64,000 nt of DNA, from contig MU053184.1 in assembly GCA_013239625.1 (NCBI GenBank), positions 140,220 through 204,219 of the forward strand, given 5' to 3'. The stretch is from Lama guanicoe (taxonomy: Eukaryota). The notes beneath the pieces are model-generated. The model did not search any database and was not told where the DNA came from. It worked only from the letters and a program-made list of their open reading frames with translations. Positions within the stretch are counted from its first letter, which is position 1. The number at the start of each line of letters is the position of its first letter. Shown here in pieces: positions 1 through 12,760 of the stretch. The translations under genes and the position numbers were made by a program.

Positions 1-659
1 GTGGCTTTTCTCTCTGGAACTAGGGAGGCGGCCCTACTCTCGAGGTCTTTTTTTCCCCTTTTCTTGAAGGATAACACGTTTGCAGCCAAACCCCCCGTTT
101 CCTGCCTGTGGACTCCCAGAAGTCTGGCAGCCTTCCTTCATTTTGGTCCTGTCCGTGTCCCCTTCAGTCCCGGCTGGCAGCATTTCTGCCGAGGTGGTTG
201 ACTGGATCCACGAGTCACTTGCCTGTTCTCTGTAGCAAACGGTGACCCAGCCACACCCCTGGTGTTCTCTCCAGGGCACGCATTGCCACGTTCTCTGGTG
301 CAGGTTGAGAATTTTCCAGATCTTCAAGTTCCAGTTTCTTTTCGCTTAGCACCTCATTCTTCAATTTATCTCTCTCCTCTCACCTTTTACTATAAGCAGC
401 AGGGAGAAACCAGGCCACATCGTCAACACTTGACTTACAAATCTCCTCAGCGAAATATCCCAGTTTATTCCTTACAAGTTCTACTTTCTACAAACAGTAA
501 GACACAGTTCAGCCAAGTTCTCTGCCACTTTGTAACAAGGATTCCCTTTCCTAGTCATACCTGCAATGATCCTATTTCCAAATAAGGTCACATTCTGAGG
601 TGCTGGGGCTTAGGGCTTTAACATACGAATTTTGAGGGGATGCACTTCAACTCATAACA
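1..659 (-). mobile_element. MaLR LTR (MLT1/MST-like), probably running off the window start
   Basis: Ends in the reverse-oriented MLT1 terminus 'cctatttccaaataaggtcacattctgaggtgctgggg...ttcaactcataaca'. Internal 'ttcagccaagttctctgccactttgtaacaagg' is MaLR-like. The extent below ~400 is uncertain. Confidence 0.65.
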
Positions 660-899
660 ACCCGTTAAATTTTCAGTGTTCTAGGAGGACCCAACCATCC
701 CCTCACCCAAGCTCCAAATTGCATTCATGACAAAGGTATCGTCACCTGACAAGAGAGCCACCACAGGTGTCAACAGTTAAGTCAGTACATTTCTGTGGAG
801 TTGAATTCATGGCAGGGTGACTTGCTTAAGCCCCGTGTCCTGGCCCAGCTGCACTGGCGGGTATTAAATAATAATATTCACCCTTTACCATGTTTCTGC

Positions 900-1060
900 A
901 ATACATGAAAGACTATCCTAGGGCCCTTATAGGTACTATGTAATCACTAATCTTAGAAAAACACTGCAAGGTTCTATTTGTAATGTCCATTTTATAGATT
1001 AGAAAACTGAGGCTCACATAGTTTAAGAGACCTGCCCATGGTCATAGACTGCAGAGATCC
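900..1060 (-). mobile_element. MIR SINE fragment
   Basis: Reverse MIR core 'ccattttatagattagaaaactgaggctcacatagtttaagagacctgcccatggtcatag'. Confidence 0.75.
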
Positions 1061-1213
1061 ATGCCTTGCAGTGCTTCAGAAACTTGTCACGTTCGAGTCA
1101 ATCTGGAATCAGCTATAGACCCGGTGTTTGATCTGCTTTGGCTAACTCATCAACACAGCCTCACCCCTGTCAGGGCCCTGGGTTCAAATACCCAGGAATC
1201 TTCTACTTTAAAC

Positions 1214-1270
1214 TTATTTATTTATTTATTTACTTACTTACTTTCTTATTTATTTATTTATTTATTTTTA
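1214..1270. repeat. (TTTA)n imperfect microsatellite
   Basis: Directly visible ttta/ctta tandem run. Confidence 0.9.
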
Positions 1271-1629
1271 GTTTTAGTTGGTTTTCCAGTTTGCTTCCAC
1301 ATCCATAGACGAGATCAACGGTCTGTTGACTTGGCCAGCACCTTGGCCCTTGCCTTGCTCCTTCCAGCCCTTCCAGGGGACCAGGCCCCTGCTCTTGACA
1401 TCCTGGCTGCTGGCTGCGCGCCTGTGCTTATTGGGAAGGGACTTCCTGGAGCAGGACTTGCCAGCGGGCGCGTGCTCTCCCTGTTTAAGCAGTCTCCCTG
1501 TAGACCGCGCCCAGCTTGGATCACACCCTCAATTTTCCAGGCTCTTGTGGACATTTTGATTGGTGCTGCTTATGCATCCCTTGGGTGGGGTGGGGTTGGC
1601 AAGTGAGAGAAACTACTATTGCTGGATAA

Positions 1630-1750
1630 TTAATTAACTTATTACTTAAATATTTTGGAGCACCTATCATTGTCAGGCACTATGCTACATGTTACTTTAA
1701 CAGTACTGAAAGCCACAACCATGGTCCCTGCCCGCTGGAGATCTCAGTCT
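1630..1750 (-). mobile_element. L2 LINE 3' end fragment
   Basis: 'aaatattttggagcacctatcattgtcaggcactatgcta...atggtccctgccc' matches the reverse L2 tail. Confidence 0.65.
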
Positions 1751-3579
1751 CACCCCAGACCCAGTTTACTCCCTTATTCTTGAGGTCTCATCTTTGGGAT
1801 CTCAGCATATTCCACAGCCACGGCTGCATGAATTAGACAGAACATGCACACAGGACAGAAGCCCGTGGAAATCTTCAGGTGAAATTTGCAAATAATCTCT
1901 GCTCCCCCCAATTTCAAGTTATAGCCATACTATGTCTCTCTCACCCACATGCACTCTAAGGCATGTAGATGCTACTCCTGGCTTGAGTAGATGCTAAAGT
2001 TGGGGGTACAGCTCATATTATGTCTATGCCAGAGGCCACAGTTTGGAGATACCCAGGAGAGAGTATGTTTTGTTTGTCAACGTCATCCATCCTGTGTACC
2101 ACGGAACCCCAAATTTGGTAACTGCACGTTAGGTCAATTTCAACAGATTATGGCGAACTCTAGTCAAACATCTTGGCTTCTCCTCAGTGATCCACAGCGG
2201 ATCTCTTATTCCACAAGTTCCTCTCAACGTGTTTTGAGTCTATTTATAAATGGCCTCTACCACCTCCAGGTCTGTTAAGTCCCCTAAGTTTCCTACCTGC
2301 TGTGTAAAGTCATATTCCCTTTCAGTTGTTCCCAGATGACTTTCTTCCAATTCGGAGGCTGCTCCCTAGTCCTCAGGTGTAGGGCTAGCTGAACAAGGCC
2401 AGGAACCACTTCTCACTTCCCTTCATCGTTATCTTCGGAGACTTTGATTAGATTGTTTCTGAGCCCCGGGCTTTCCAGGCAGAGGAAGCTGTATCATTTG
2501 AAACCCGTCCTCACAAGGCAGAGCCTGCCCCCCCTCGATCATCCTGGCTTCCTGTCACTCCGGGTCTGCTCTGGCTGTTGACTCGCTGGAAGTGTGGCAC
2601 CCAGGGCAGCAGGGGGCCTCCCAGGCAGGACCACACCCCTTGCCAGGGATAATGAAATCTCTTGGCCCCCTCTTTCTTGTTCTCACCCCCCTGAAGATTC
2701 CTTCCATCAGGCGTGTCCCTCGGAGAATTCTAAAGCAGCAGACATCCCGCACAAAGGGAAACAAATTTTCTCTGGGGTCACATCATGTGCTGTCAATCCA
2801 AGGGTCTGATTTTAGATTCTGAAGTTCTGAAAGACCCCAAAGAGTGGAATTCCCTGCTGAGAGGATGCACGGCTAGCCAGGGAGAGTCTCTTGAAGCAGG
2901 CTTTATTTCAAGTGTGAGGACCTGGTTTATTAGAAGCAGTAGGGGGAAAAACCCACACCTGAGACTTCTCACATGCTTGTGAAATTCAGATATGAGAAGA
3001 AACATTGTTGGGATCAATGAGAATCAGCTGGCCACCTGGCTGGAGGGAGATGGCGAGGAGGGGGTGGGGAGACTTTGAAAATTCTGCCCTGAATAGAGCG
3101 CCCTGGCTCCCTGGGGTTGGACAAGGATGAATGAGATGTGCTCTGGCTTGTGCTGACATCCAGTCCCTGGAGTGAATGGCGTCTGCCGCGGGAGGCGGGG
3201 GATTCTGTTCTTCTTTTTCAATAGAGTCTTTGTGGTGCCTGGTTTAGAATCTCTCAACCCTGCCATTCCGGCTCCCTTTGAAGGATGGCTTGTCAACACT
3301 GAGTGTTGGGTAAACCTTGAAAAGGTAGTCTTGTTCTTGGCCCAGTGCTGATTTAAAATTAGGTTTTCCTCTGTATTTGCAACTGAAGATCAACTCGAAG
3401 ACTCGGCTTAACTAAGAGCAGGCCAGTGAGAAAGAATAAGTAACCATGCTCGTGATTCCTCTGCCTTTTAGGGAACATCCACTGGAAAAAGTGGTTTTAA
3501 CCCAAAGTGACACGATTTTATGTTGTAGGTAGAAAAACCCAAATAGGGAGGTGAGGGAGGCAGAGGTGGAGAGAAAAGA

Positions 3580-3785
3580 TTATGGTTGTAGTAAAAGGAG
3601 CAGACTTTCAGGCCAGGCAAATCCAATCACTTTTGCTGGGCTGTGTGATCCCAGGCAAAGTAATTAACCTCTCTGGGATAATGGCATCTGTTGCACAGTT
3701 TGGCTTGAGAAATAAATGTTTTAATGTCTGTAAGATGGTTAACACCATGTGCAGCCCATAGGAGGTACACAATGAGCCAATAGCA
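3580..3785 (+). mobile_element. MIR SINE
   Basis: 'gctgtgtgatcccaggcaaagtaattaacctctctg' core plus tail. Confidence 0.75.
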
Positions 3786-4423
3786 GTGCATTCTGAGGAG
3801 GTTAGTTATGACTGTGGAGGGCAGGCGGTGGGGGACAGTCCCTTGGTCCTTCCTCAGGAGGACATGGACAGGAAGTGAGCACGATGTCATTGGAGGAGGC
3901 ATGGGAAGATCTGTGGCAGAGGATCGGTTGAGGACAAATGGTCTCACTTCATGACCATTCGTAATGGAGCAAATAATGGAACAGAATATGTTGATTGCAT
4001 GGTTGCTACTAATATAGGAAGTGATTACATATATTTTTTGATTTTTGGCAAGTGGAAACCTGCTCTTAGATAAAGAACTAGAGAAAATGGCAAGACATGG
4101 AAACACGACCCAGGGCTCAAAGGGTCTCAGTTACTTGAGAACAAAAGAACAGCGTATTGCGTCGGGTCAAACAGAACCCAAACACCTACCTGGGCCATAA
4201 GGTGGCCCTGGTGTGTCGGCCTGGGCAGCCTTGCCTGCTCTAGCCACCCATTCCATTCTGAGCTCTGTCATCTTCAGGGACACCTGCCCCAAAGCTATCC
4301 TTTTCTCTCCCCCTTGTCCCCAACATCGCAGACTGACTTAAAAGATCCCTCCTCGGGGCCCTCACTGTATGCCTTTGTATGCTTTTTTAATACTGTGTTT
4401 CATGAATTATCCTGTTGATCTTA

Positions 4424-5195
4424 GGGGACCTATTTTAGGAAAAAGAATATAAAATTGCACATAAAATTAATTTAGAATGAGAGGACAAATCATAACAAGT
4501 TACAAACATTTAAAAGCTGACATACGCCACAAGTCTCACAAACTTTGGGAAATTACTCACTAGTTTAATCAGTGAATCAACTGATAAACCTCTTTATTTG
4601 TACAATTTTTGTTTCACACTCTTCGATCACTTTTTTCCTATGACAATGATTTTGTAATATCGTCTATAGTGAAAATAGAAAGACAATCCACTCTTTTCTT
4701 TATCATAGTTGATTGAAATTGCTTCTTATTATTCATGATTTAAAATAATTTTATTCAGCTTCACAACTTGGTAATTTCATGTAAATTCTTAGGATTTTTG
4801 TCAAGTTTGGGAAAACACCAATCAAGTTTCTTTCCTATAAGAACCGTAAGATTTCAGGACATTTCACATTTTTTTTGTTGTTCATTGACTAACTTTCAAT
4901 GCTCTTTGAATTGATGATATTAGTAATGTTCCTGGAATCTAGAGTGGCTAGAAATAACTTTATTATACTTGGAATTTATCATGTTCTACAAAAACATATT
5001 CCACTACTCTCAAACTAAATGTTTCCCCAATTCAACTTCCCAAAAGCTGCATCCCCACAAATGCTCAAAACCACTGTAATGGCCTCTGACTCTAAAGGGG
5101 AAAGATAATGGAGGGTAAATTGCATTGGTAAGAGACAGCAGTAAACCAATTGAAGTTAAGCTGCCTTTTGCAAATTTTATAAAATTATATGACCT
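4424..5195 (-). mobile_element. hAT DNA transposon relic (Arthur1/Zaphod-like, hAT-Tip100) with transposase C-terminal remnant
   Basis: Minus strand ~4830-4670 translates, with stops and frameshifts, as LIGVFPNLTKILRIYMKLP..CEAE*NYFKS*II..QSTM..DCLSIFTI. This is the hATC dimerisation motif (FPNL..L.I..TLP.TSC.AER.FS.L..IK..RSTM). Confidence 0.8.
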
Positions 5196-7007
5196 TGATC
5201 TTCAGTACTATCCTGGTTCACTACCTCTATCCACTTGGCCGTGGACCTGCCGCCACTGGCACCTGGTGGAATGTCAGTTAGATGAACAAAGGGCACTTCA
5301 GGCCCCACTAATGCCTCCCCTTCTCCCTCCCTCTATCCAGTTCCTACCCAGCCTTCCCAGTCCAGCTCCCCTCCCACTTCCTCCTCCACAATCACCTGAT
5401 CCTGTATTGTTCCCAGCAACTTCCCACCTGCCTCTGCCCTATTCCCAGCGAGGTAATCATCACCCTGGGGGCAAGGGCACCTAGCACAGCTTTGGCACTT
5501 GAAGCAGGCACTCAGCAAGTAATTCTTGATAGACGGATTTGAAAATCCATCTGTTTTCTGTGGTTAACTAATTGGTGACTGCCATCCTGACCTGGACCAC
5601 TCACTGGAACCAGATGTTTCTCCAGGTTATTTTAAGGATTGCTTTATACATGGAATTTTGACTCCTTTTTCCAAAGATAAAGGCAAGCCTGCTGGGTTAT
5701 TGCTCTCTGCCTACAGAATGTACAGAAGAGAAAAGCCTTTCATAGATGACTGATTTCTAAAACAGATGTGCCAAGTTCCTTGGGCTAAAAACTCTTTAGT
5801 TGGAAATGAATCAGGGCATTTTTAATATGAGTTTTTAGAACACGTACTTTGAGCAATGCTAATAATGATCAGTGTGGTGGTGCCTTGGTTTAAGGCTTTT
5901 GAGGATAGAGAGGGCTAATAAAACCACCCAGAGGAACGTGAGATCACCTGATAGGGCAGAACTAATGAAGGACCCTGGGCACGAAAAGTGTCTCTTGTCA
6001 GAGAGGAAGTATTTGTGCGTGGTTTCATCCAACGATCCGCTTGACAAGGACAGAAATAGAAAACCGTTTGTGGCCACCTGGCAGAGATTTTCCTGGTGCC
6101 TTGGTTTATTATTCCTACTATTGTACTTCCTTCTTTCCTAAAAATCTCTTTTTTTCCCCCTCTTTGCCTTTTCAGTGGGCTTCAGCACCTTTTGTGAGTT
6201 TTCATCAGCACACTTCATTCTTTACTCAACAATGAGGAGATCAGGGAGGGAGAAGTGAGGGAACAAGTCTATTACTAATTGTGCTGGGAAGTCAGGGGGA
6301 GCTGGGCTGGCTTCCCTGTTGTTCATCCAGATCATGCTGTTCATTTTCCTTGACACATGCAAGAGGGAGATGAGGGTTCCTGTATTTAAATGAAGGACCG
6401 TGAGCATCGGGGGCTTCCTCTGTGGAAGGATGAAAATGATTATTTTTTGAGTACCTACTAAGTGCTGGGCTCTGTGCTCTGCACTGAGGCCAGAGGAGAA
6501 GGACAAGCCCCCTGTCCTCAGGGAGCACAAAAGCTCTCTAGCTTGAAGTTTGTCAACCTTGCAGCATGGAGACTGCAAATCCTTGACTGAACCCCCTCTG
6601 TGTTTTAAGAACTGTGAGAATGCAGAGAGGTACGTGGCCTCTGCCCAAGGAAGTCAGACCAGGCACCGTGTGGTAATGGCAGAGGCCTTATGTTCCTGGG
6701 AACGGAGGGAGAAACTGGTATGAGTTGGTAAAGGAGAGAAGGGGCAGAAAAGGAATACGGGACTTTACTTAAGAGGGTTAGCTCACAGCAGCCCGAGGAG
6801 GTGGCTGTTACTCCATTTAAAATAGGAGATGTCCTGTCTCAGAGAGGCTGGCTCTTCTTCTCAGGGTCCGATAGCCGGGCACGGTGCTCTGCAGAAGCTG
6901 GGCATGCCTTTTCATCCGTGTATCTTCCAAACCTCTTGGCACAGGATAAATCTTCAGTCAGTCCTTGGGAATAAAAGAAGTAACTGGCAGTTCTGGAAGC
7001 AGGTTTC

Positions 7008-7403
7008 TTTTTTTAAGTTGAAGTATAGTCAACTTACAATGTATTAATTTCTGGTGTACAGCGTAATGATTCAGTTATATGAATATATATATATATATTT
7101 ATATTCTTTTTCATTATAGGTTACTACAAGATATTGAAAATAGTTCCCTGGGCTATACTGTAGACAACTTGTTGTTTATCTATTTTATATATAGTAGTAT
7201 CTGCAACTCTCAGACTCCCAATTTATCCCTTCCCACACCCTTTCCCCCCTGGTAATTATCAGAGAAATGCAAATTAAGCTACAATGTGGTATCATCTTGC
7301 ACTGGTCAGAATGGCCATCATTAAAAAGTCCACAAACGATAAATGCAGGAGCAGGTGAGGAAAAAAAGGGAACCCTCCTACACTGTTGGTAGGAATTTAG
7401 TTT
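7008..7403 (-). mobile_element. Young L1 3' end with 5' inversion (minus 3'UTR 7008-~7255, plus-strand ORF2 piece ~7253-7403)
   Basis: Poly(T) then 'aagttgaagtatagtcaacttacaatg'. Orientation flips at 'ggtaattatcagagaaatgcaaatt' with TAA microhomology. Confidence 0.9.
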
Positions 7404-7409
7404 GGTTTC

Positions 7410-7838
7410 TTTTTTTTTTTAATTGAAGTATATAGTTGATTTACAATATTGTGCTAATTTCTGGTGTATAGCATAGTGATTCAGTTGTACACACACACAC
7501 ACACACATATATATATATTCCTCTCCATATTCTTTTTCATTATAGGCTATCACAAGGTACTGAATATAGTTCCCTGTGCTGTACAGTATATATCTGTATT
7601 ATATATAGTAGTGTGTATCTGCAAATCCCAAACTCCCAATTTATCTGTTCCTCATCCCCACTCCTCCTTGGTAACCATAAGTTTGTTTTCTGTCTGTGAG
7701 TCTGTTTCTGTTCTGTAAATAAGTTCATTTGTGTCACTTTTTTGATTCCTCATAGAAGTGATGTCATATGGTATTTTTCTTTCTCTTTCTGGCTTTCCTC
7801 ACTTAGTATGACCATCTCCAGGTTCATCCATGTTGCTG
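7410..7838 (-). mobile_element. 5'-truncated L1 3' end (cetartiodactyl type)
   Basis: T11 then 'aattgaagtatatagttgatttacaatattgtg...ttcatccatgttgctg'. 15-bp TSD ctggaagcaggtttc (6993-7007) / ctggaagtaggtttc (7839-7853). Confidence 0.92.
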
Positions 7839-8194
7839 CTGGAAGTAGGTTTCAAACTTAGATCCGAATCCAAGGGCTGTGGTCTTCTCTCTGCCCATGG
7901 TGGGTGCTACTGATGGGATTGGATAAGTCAAGACGAGTAAACAGCTTAGAAGAACAGACTGAAATTCCATTTTTTAATATCCTGAGTTTCAGTGACAATA
8001 GAACTCCTGAAGTTCCCTGGGATTCATGGGTCTGATGCTGAGAAGTGAGGTCAGGGCCGAAGGGGCAGACTTCTAGAACCACAGGGAGTGAGAAGAAGAG
8101 CTAAGACGGACATAGATGGAGAAGAGGGAAGGAGGGAGGCCTGGTGTAGGGAAATTGACCTTCGTGGCATCATTTGGATGGTCCAGGTTTGGTG

Positions 8195-8310
8195 GGCACT
8201 GGGGATCATTCAGTGCACCATCTCATTTGGCAGGTGAGGAAACTGAGAATTGGGAGGTTAAGTGCACACACAGTCGATGGCCGAACTCATGCTAGAACCA
8301 TGGCTCATGT
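8195..8310 (-). mobile_element. MIR/MIR3 fragment
   Basis: 'ctcatttggcaggtgaggaaactgagaattgggaggttaagtg'. Confidence 0.7.
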
Positions 8311-9054
8311 GCTCCGTACACCTGCCTGTCCAGTGAGTTGCTCATGGTTACCCATGAACAGATATTTAATGTGTCAGTAGCATTCATCTTTGCTTTGTAT
8401 TTCTGTTTTTTTAGAAAATAGAGATTAAGGGCAACTAGACAAGCATTAAAACCCAAGAAAGTGTCTCATGTTTTTGTGGTGAAGGGGCAGGTCATTTGCT
8501 CATTGATCTCTAAAAAAATGAAGCTTGTCATCACCTGACAGTGAAGATCTTGTCCCATAGTGTCCAGCATTTAGCATGAGTCTCCATTTGACTTTCCACG
8601 AGTATTGCATGGAACTGACGGAATGATGCAAGAAAGAATATCCTGTGTACAAATTTGATAAGCTCTTAACAATATGGTGCCTGACAGCCTCTCACTTAAA
8701 GAGAAGACAGTCTGTCAGTCAGCATGAAGCATGCTGAAATCTCCACTTCCATAAAGTTCTTTATGCCTGCAAAGCAGCTTTCTTCTTTCCAACTCTAAGT
8801 GTCTTTAATATAATATGCCAACTGGCAATTGGAGGCATAACGAACAGTAAGTTGCTTTCTTACTCTCAAGAACTTGTTATTCCCCTGACACCAGCAAGAC
8901 TCTGCCTCTGAGCGATGATGCATTAGCACTGTTTTCCCGTCCTCCATCCGGTGCTCTCTCCCCTACTTGGAGGGCAGGATGGAAGCAAAAGTCTTGGAAG
9001 GGTGGTGGCTGAGGGGCATGATAGTGTCCCCATCGTAGAGACGAGGAAGCTGAG

Positions 9055-9426
9055 TGTTACGGACGGAATTGTGTCCCCCAGATTCATACGTGTGAGCGCT
9101 AACCCCTGGTGGGTCTATATTTGGAGATAGTGCCTTTAAAGAGGTAGTTAAGGTTAGATGAAATCATACGGTGGGTCCCTAACCCGGTGGGACTGGAGTC
9201 CTTAGAAGAAGAGGCACACCAGGGTTTCACGCACACAGAGAAAAGGCCACGTGAAGACACAGAAGAAAGGCACCATCTGCAAACAAGGGGAGAAGCCACA
9301 GGAGAAACCAGACCTGCTGACACCTCGACCAGACTTCTAGCCTCCAGATCTGCGAGAACACCAGTTTCTGTTGTGTGTGCCCAGTCCGTGGTATTTTGTT
9401 ATGGCAGCTCTAGCCAAACGGATACA
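9055..9426 (+). mobile_element. MLT1B-like solo LTR, full length, inserted in a MIR
   Basis: TG...CA termini (tgttacggacggaattgtgtcccc ... ttgttatggcagctctagccaaacggataca). 5-bp TSD ctgag/ctgaa. The flanks rejoin into a reverse MIR core. Confidence 0.92.
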
Positions 9427-9494
9427 CTGAAGCTCAGGAAAATGAAATAAATAGCCCAGAAGTGGCTCGGCACGGGTCTGCATTCAGGCGGGAT

Positions 9495-9995
9495 CAGTAA
9501 TAAGCTGTGTGACACAGAGAGTCGCTGCGTGTCTCTGGGCCTGTTTCTTCATCTATTGAAAATAAAAGGAGCAAACCTTTGACCTCTGACATCCCTTCAA
9601 ATGTTGAAATTTTGTTTCTCAACAATTTCTTCTAAGCCTCATTTCCTTATTTGTAAAAGGGAATAAGAATATCTATCTTTCACAGTCTGAGGAATGTAAA
9701 GAGAATCCAATCAGTTAAATTGAAGGACTTTTAAATAAGGAAGGACTAAATGTGTGTAAGACAATGTCGCACCCAGATGTGCCTGGGCTCGAGTCCCAGC
9801 TGGCTCCTTCCTAGCCAAGGGGTCTCAGATAAGTGCTCTTACTGTTTCTCATCTTCCATTAGTTCATCTGCAAACTGGGCAGAACAAGGCTCCTTAACTT
9901 AAAGGGTTGCAGTAAAAAGCAGATGAGATGCTTCAGCACAGAGCAGAGACTATCACATTCTTCATATCAAGTCATGATAATTATTGTTATTATTA
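9495..9995 (+). mobile_element. Cluster of MIR fragments
   Basis: Three core-like segments: 'ctctgggcctgtttcttcatctattgaaa', 'ctaagcctcatttccttatttgtaaaaggg' and 'gcctgggctcgagtcccagct...catctgcaaactggg'. Confidence 0.65.
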
Positions 9996-11139
9996 AGGTC
10001 CCAGAATGGTGGGCTTGCCTTCCCTGGCTGGCTCTTGTCAGGGCATGGCGTTTAGAATGAGCAGGGTCAGCCTTCAGTTTGGACTCCAGGACACACAGGC
10101 CACGTGAGCCTGGGCAAGGCACTTAGCCTCTGCGAACCTTGAAGTTCATGCTGAGTGTTAGGTTAGTGCCTACTGTATAGATGATTAACTGAGATAAACT
10201 TTGACTGGCTTTGTCAATTATAAAGCTGTCTATAACTGAGAAACTGCTGCTATGAGCAAGGATCAAGTCCTCTATTGTCTGCCCATACCATGTACTGCCA
10301 AGAAGCTTGCTCAGAGGTGCCTGAAAGACGGGGCGAGTAGAAGGGATAGATGACAAATGTTTGCTGTAGTCAAGATAGCACACAGATGTGTCATATGAAA
10401 GCAGAATTAGTAATAGATTTTGAGGAGAGACGAAACGCGTTCCAAAGTTGTTCCTCTCCCCAGTCATTGCTAAAGAATGTCTCAGGGAGGGAAGTGTTGA
10501 CCAGACAAACCCTGTGAAGTACTTACAGCTAGTCCAGATAGAGTTGGAATATCTTTGTTAAATAAAGACACTCCCCAGTTGCTGCCAACAAGATCATTGG
10601 TGAGAAAGGTGAGGACTATTTCCTTTTCTCCTGGCTGGTTCATAAAAGCTAGATTTAAGGGATTTTGAGGTTAGGCCTGTGGTTCTTGGTTGTGACCCAT
10701 TTGAATTATCATAGGGTCAGGTGTATCGTAGGTTGAGGTCTATGAGGACGTCTCATGGCCAGTGGGGAAGGAGGAGTCAGAGCCTCCTAGGACCTGAGGG
10801 CTTGGGACCCAGCAGTGGCCTCTTTACTGATGGGGCCCACCCACCCTCTCCTCCTTCCTTCTCATTGGAAACAGGGGTTATGGTGATGGGTTAAGGGGTT
10901 AGAATGAGCAACATGAGGAGTGGGAATTGGGAGCACAGGCATTCTTTTTCAGGTCTCTCTCTCTCTCTGAATCATATTGGTTCAGGATACTTTCTGACTC
11001 CCACTGCATGAGGAACACCATCAGGCCGATGTAATTTCCTGAAATTCTACTATTCAGTAGTTTCTGTCAATTTCTATTAAGTGCTTTCAGATATCTTTGA
11101 ACAAAACTCATGTTAAGAAGCATATTGTCAGTATAGACG

Positions 11140-11858
11140 TTAGAGAAAACAGTGTGGAGATTCTTTAAAAGACTAAATATAGATTTACCATATGATCCAG
11201 CAATCCCACTCCTGGGCATATATCTGGAGGGAACTCTAATTCAAAAAGATACATGCATTACAGTGTTCACAGCAGCACACAATAGCCAAGACATGGAAGC
11301 AACCTACATGCCCATCAACAGATGATTAGATAACGAAATTATGGGGAAATATATACAATGGAATACTACTCAGCCATAAAAAAGAATGAAATAATGCCAT
11401 CTGCAGCAACATGGTTGGACCTGGAGATCATCATAGTAAGTGAAGTAAGCTGGAAACAGAAAGAAAAATACCACATGATATCGCTTATATGTAGAATCTA
11501 AAAAAAAAAATGAAACAAATGAACTTATTTATAAAACAGAAACAGACTCACAAACATAGAGAACAAGCTGATGGTTACCCAGGGGAAAGGGGGTTGTGGA
11601 GGGATAAATTGGGAGTCTGGGATTTGCAGATACTAACTACTACATGTAAAATAGATAGACAACAATGTCCTACTGCACAGCACAGGAAACTATATTCAAT
11701 ACCTTGTAATAGCTTGTAATGAAAAATAATACCAAAAGATGTATGTATATATATATAAATATATCTATATCTATATATGTATATATCTGAACCACTGTGC
11801 TGTACACCAGAAACTGACACAACATTGTAAACTGACTATACTTTAATTTAAAACAAAA
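11140..11858 (+). mobile_element. Young 5'-truncated L1 (ORF2 C-terminus + 3'UTR)
   Basis: 'ccatatgatccagcaatcccactcctgggcatatatc', 'aatggaatactactcagccataaaaaagaatgaaataatgcc', ending 'acattgtaaactgactatactttaatttaaaacaaaa'. Confidence 0.93.
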
Positions 11859-12021
11859 ATCTGATGCGAAAGGGAAAGGCTGTGCTTCTAAGAGATGGAA
11901 GGCAGAGAAACCCACTGCCATTTGCAAGATAAGCTGGTAATTGAATTAATTAAGAATTAATACATTATATGTATTAAAAGCAACAAAAGAAGCTTATTTT
12001 CAGAATGATGCAGTTCATATG

Positions 12022-12130
12022 TGAGATATATATATATGTATAGGGGTATATACATGTATGTATGTGTGTGTGTGTGTATATATTTATAAATATATATACA
12101 CACAAATTTATATATTTATAAATATATACA
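12022..12130. repeat. (TA)n/(TG)n compound microsatellite
   Basis: Directly visible. Confidence 0.85.
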
Positions 12131-12175
12131 CCTTTTTTCCCACAACTATTACTTAGCTATACTTTGCACAACGTG

Positions 12176-12390
12176 CAGTTGATTCTTGAGCAATGAGAGG
12201 ACTGGTGCGCTGACCCTCCACACTGTCAGAAATTCACTTGCAGCTACAGTTGGCCCTTCTAATCTGCAGTTCGGCATGCCCAGATTCAACCAACCATGGA
12301 TCATGTAATACTATGGTATTTACGGTTGAAAAAAATCCATGTACAAGTGGATCCATGCAGTTCAAACCCATGCTGTTCAAGGGTCAACTG
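12176..12390. mobile_element. MER8-like Tigger (TcMar) MITE
   Basis: Terminal inverted repeats cagttgattcttgagcaa ... tgttcaagggtcaactg, followed by TA. Confidence 0.88.
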
Positions 12391-12589
12391 TATTGTGGTA
12401 TTTTCTATTCTATTTTTTTAAAATGTTGGTCAAGACTGACTACACTGAAGTCATGATGCACAAACAGGATGTAACCCTCAGTTTGGAACCAGCGGACTGT
12501 TCCATGGCATTCAGAAACAGCAGGGCATCCCGTGAGCAGCCACTGAGCTGTACCTTTATTGTGTGTGTACCTCTGGGGCAGGATGTCAG

Positions 12590-12760
12590 CGGGAAGATCA
12601 TGGTCTGCGGAGTTAGACGTGGGCCAATATCCCAAACTGGTCTAAGCCCCCTGTTTCCTCATAGTGCCTACTTTGCAGAGGAATTGTAGGGTGGGGTGAT
12701 CCCATGTTTGTGAAAATGTCTAACTTACCTTGGCCCAAAGTAGGACTTCAATAAGCATGG
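12590..12760 (+). mobile_element. MIR fragment
   Basis: 'ctaagccccctgtttcctcatagtgcctactttgcagaggaattgtagg...aaagtaggacttcaataa'. Confidence 0.55.

Noticed and set aside
1583..1599. G-rich run gggtggggtggggttgg as a G-quadruplex
   Set aside because: Only three runs of 3 or more G; such runs are common by chance.
1061..1606. Longest ORF (181 aa) with a hydrophobic stretch
   Set aside because: The 'LFIYLF' segment is the translated (TTTA)n microsatellite. There is no recognisable domain and no promoter context.
3627..4106. 159-aa minus-strand ORF
   Set aside because: Runs through a MIR and has no recognisable homology.
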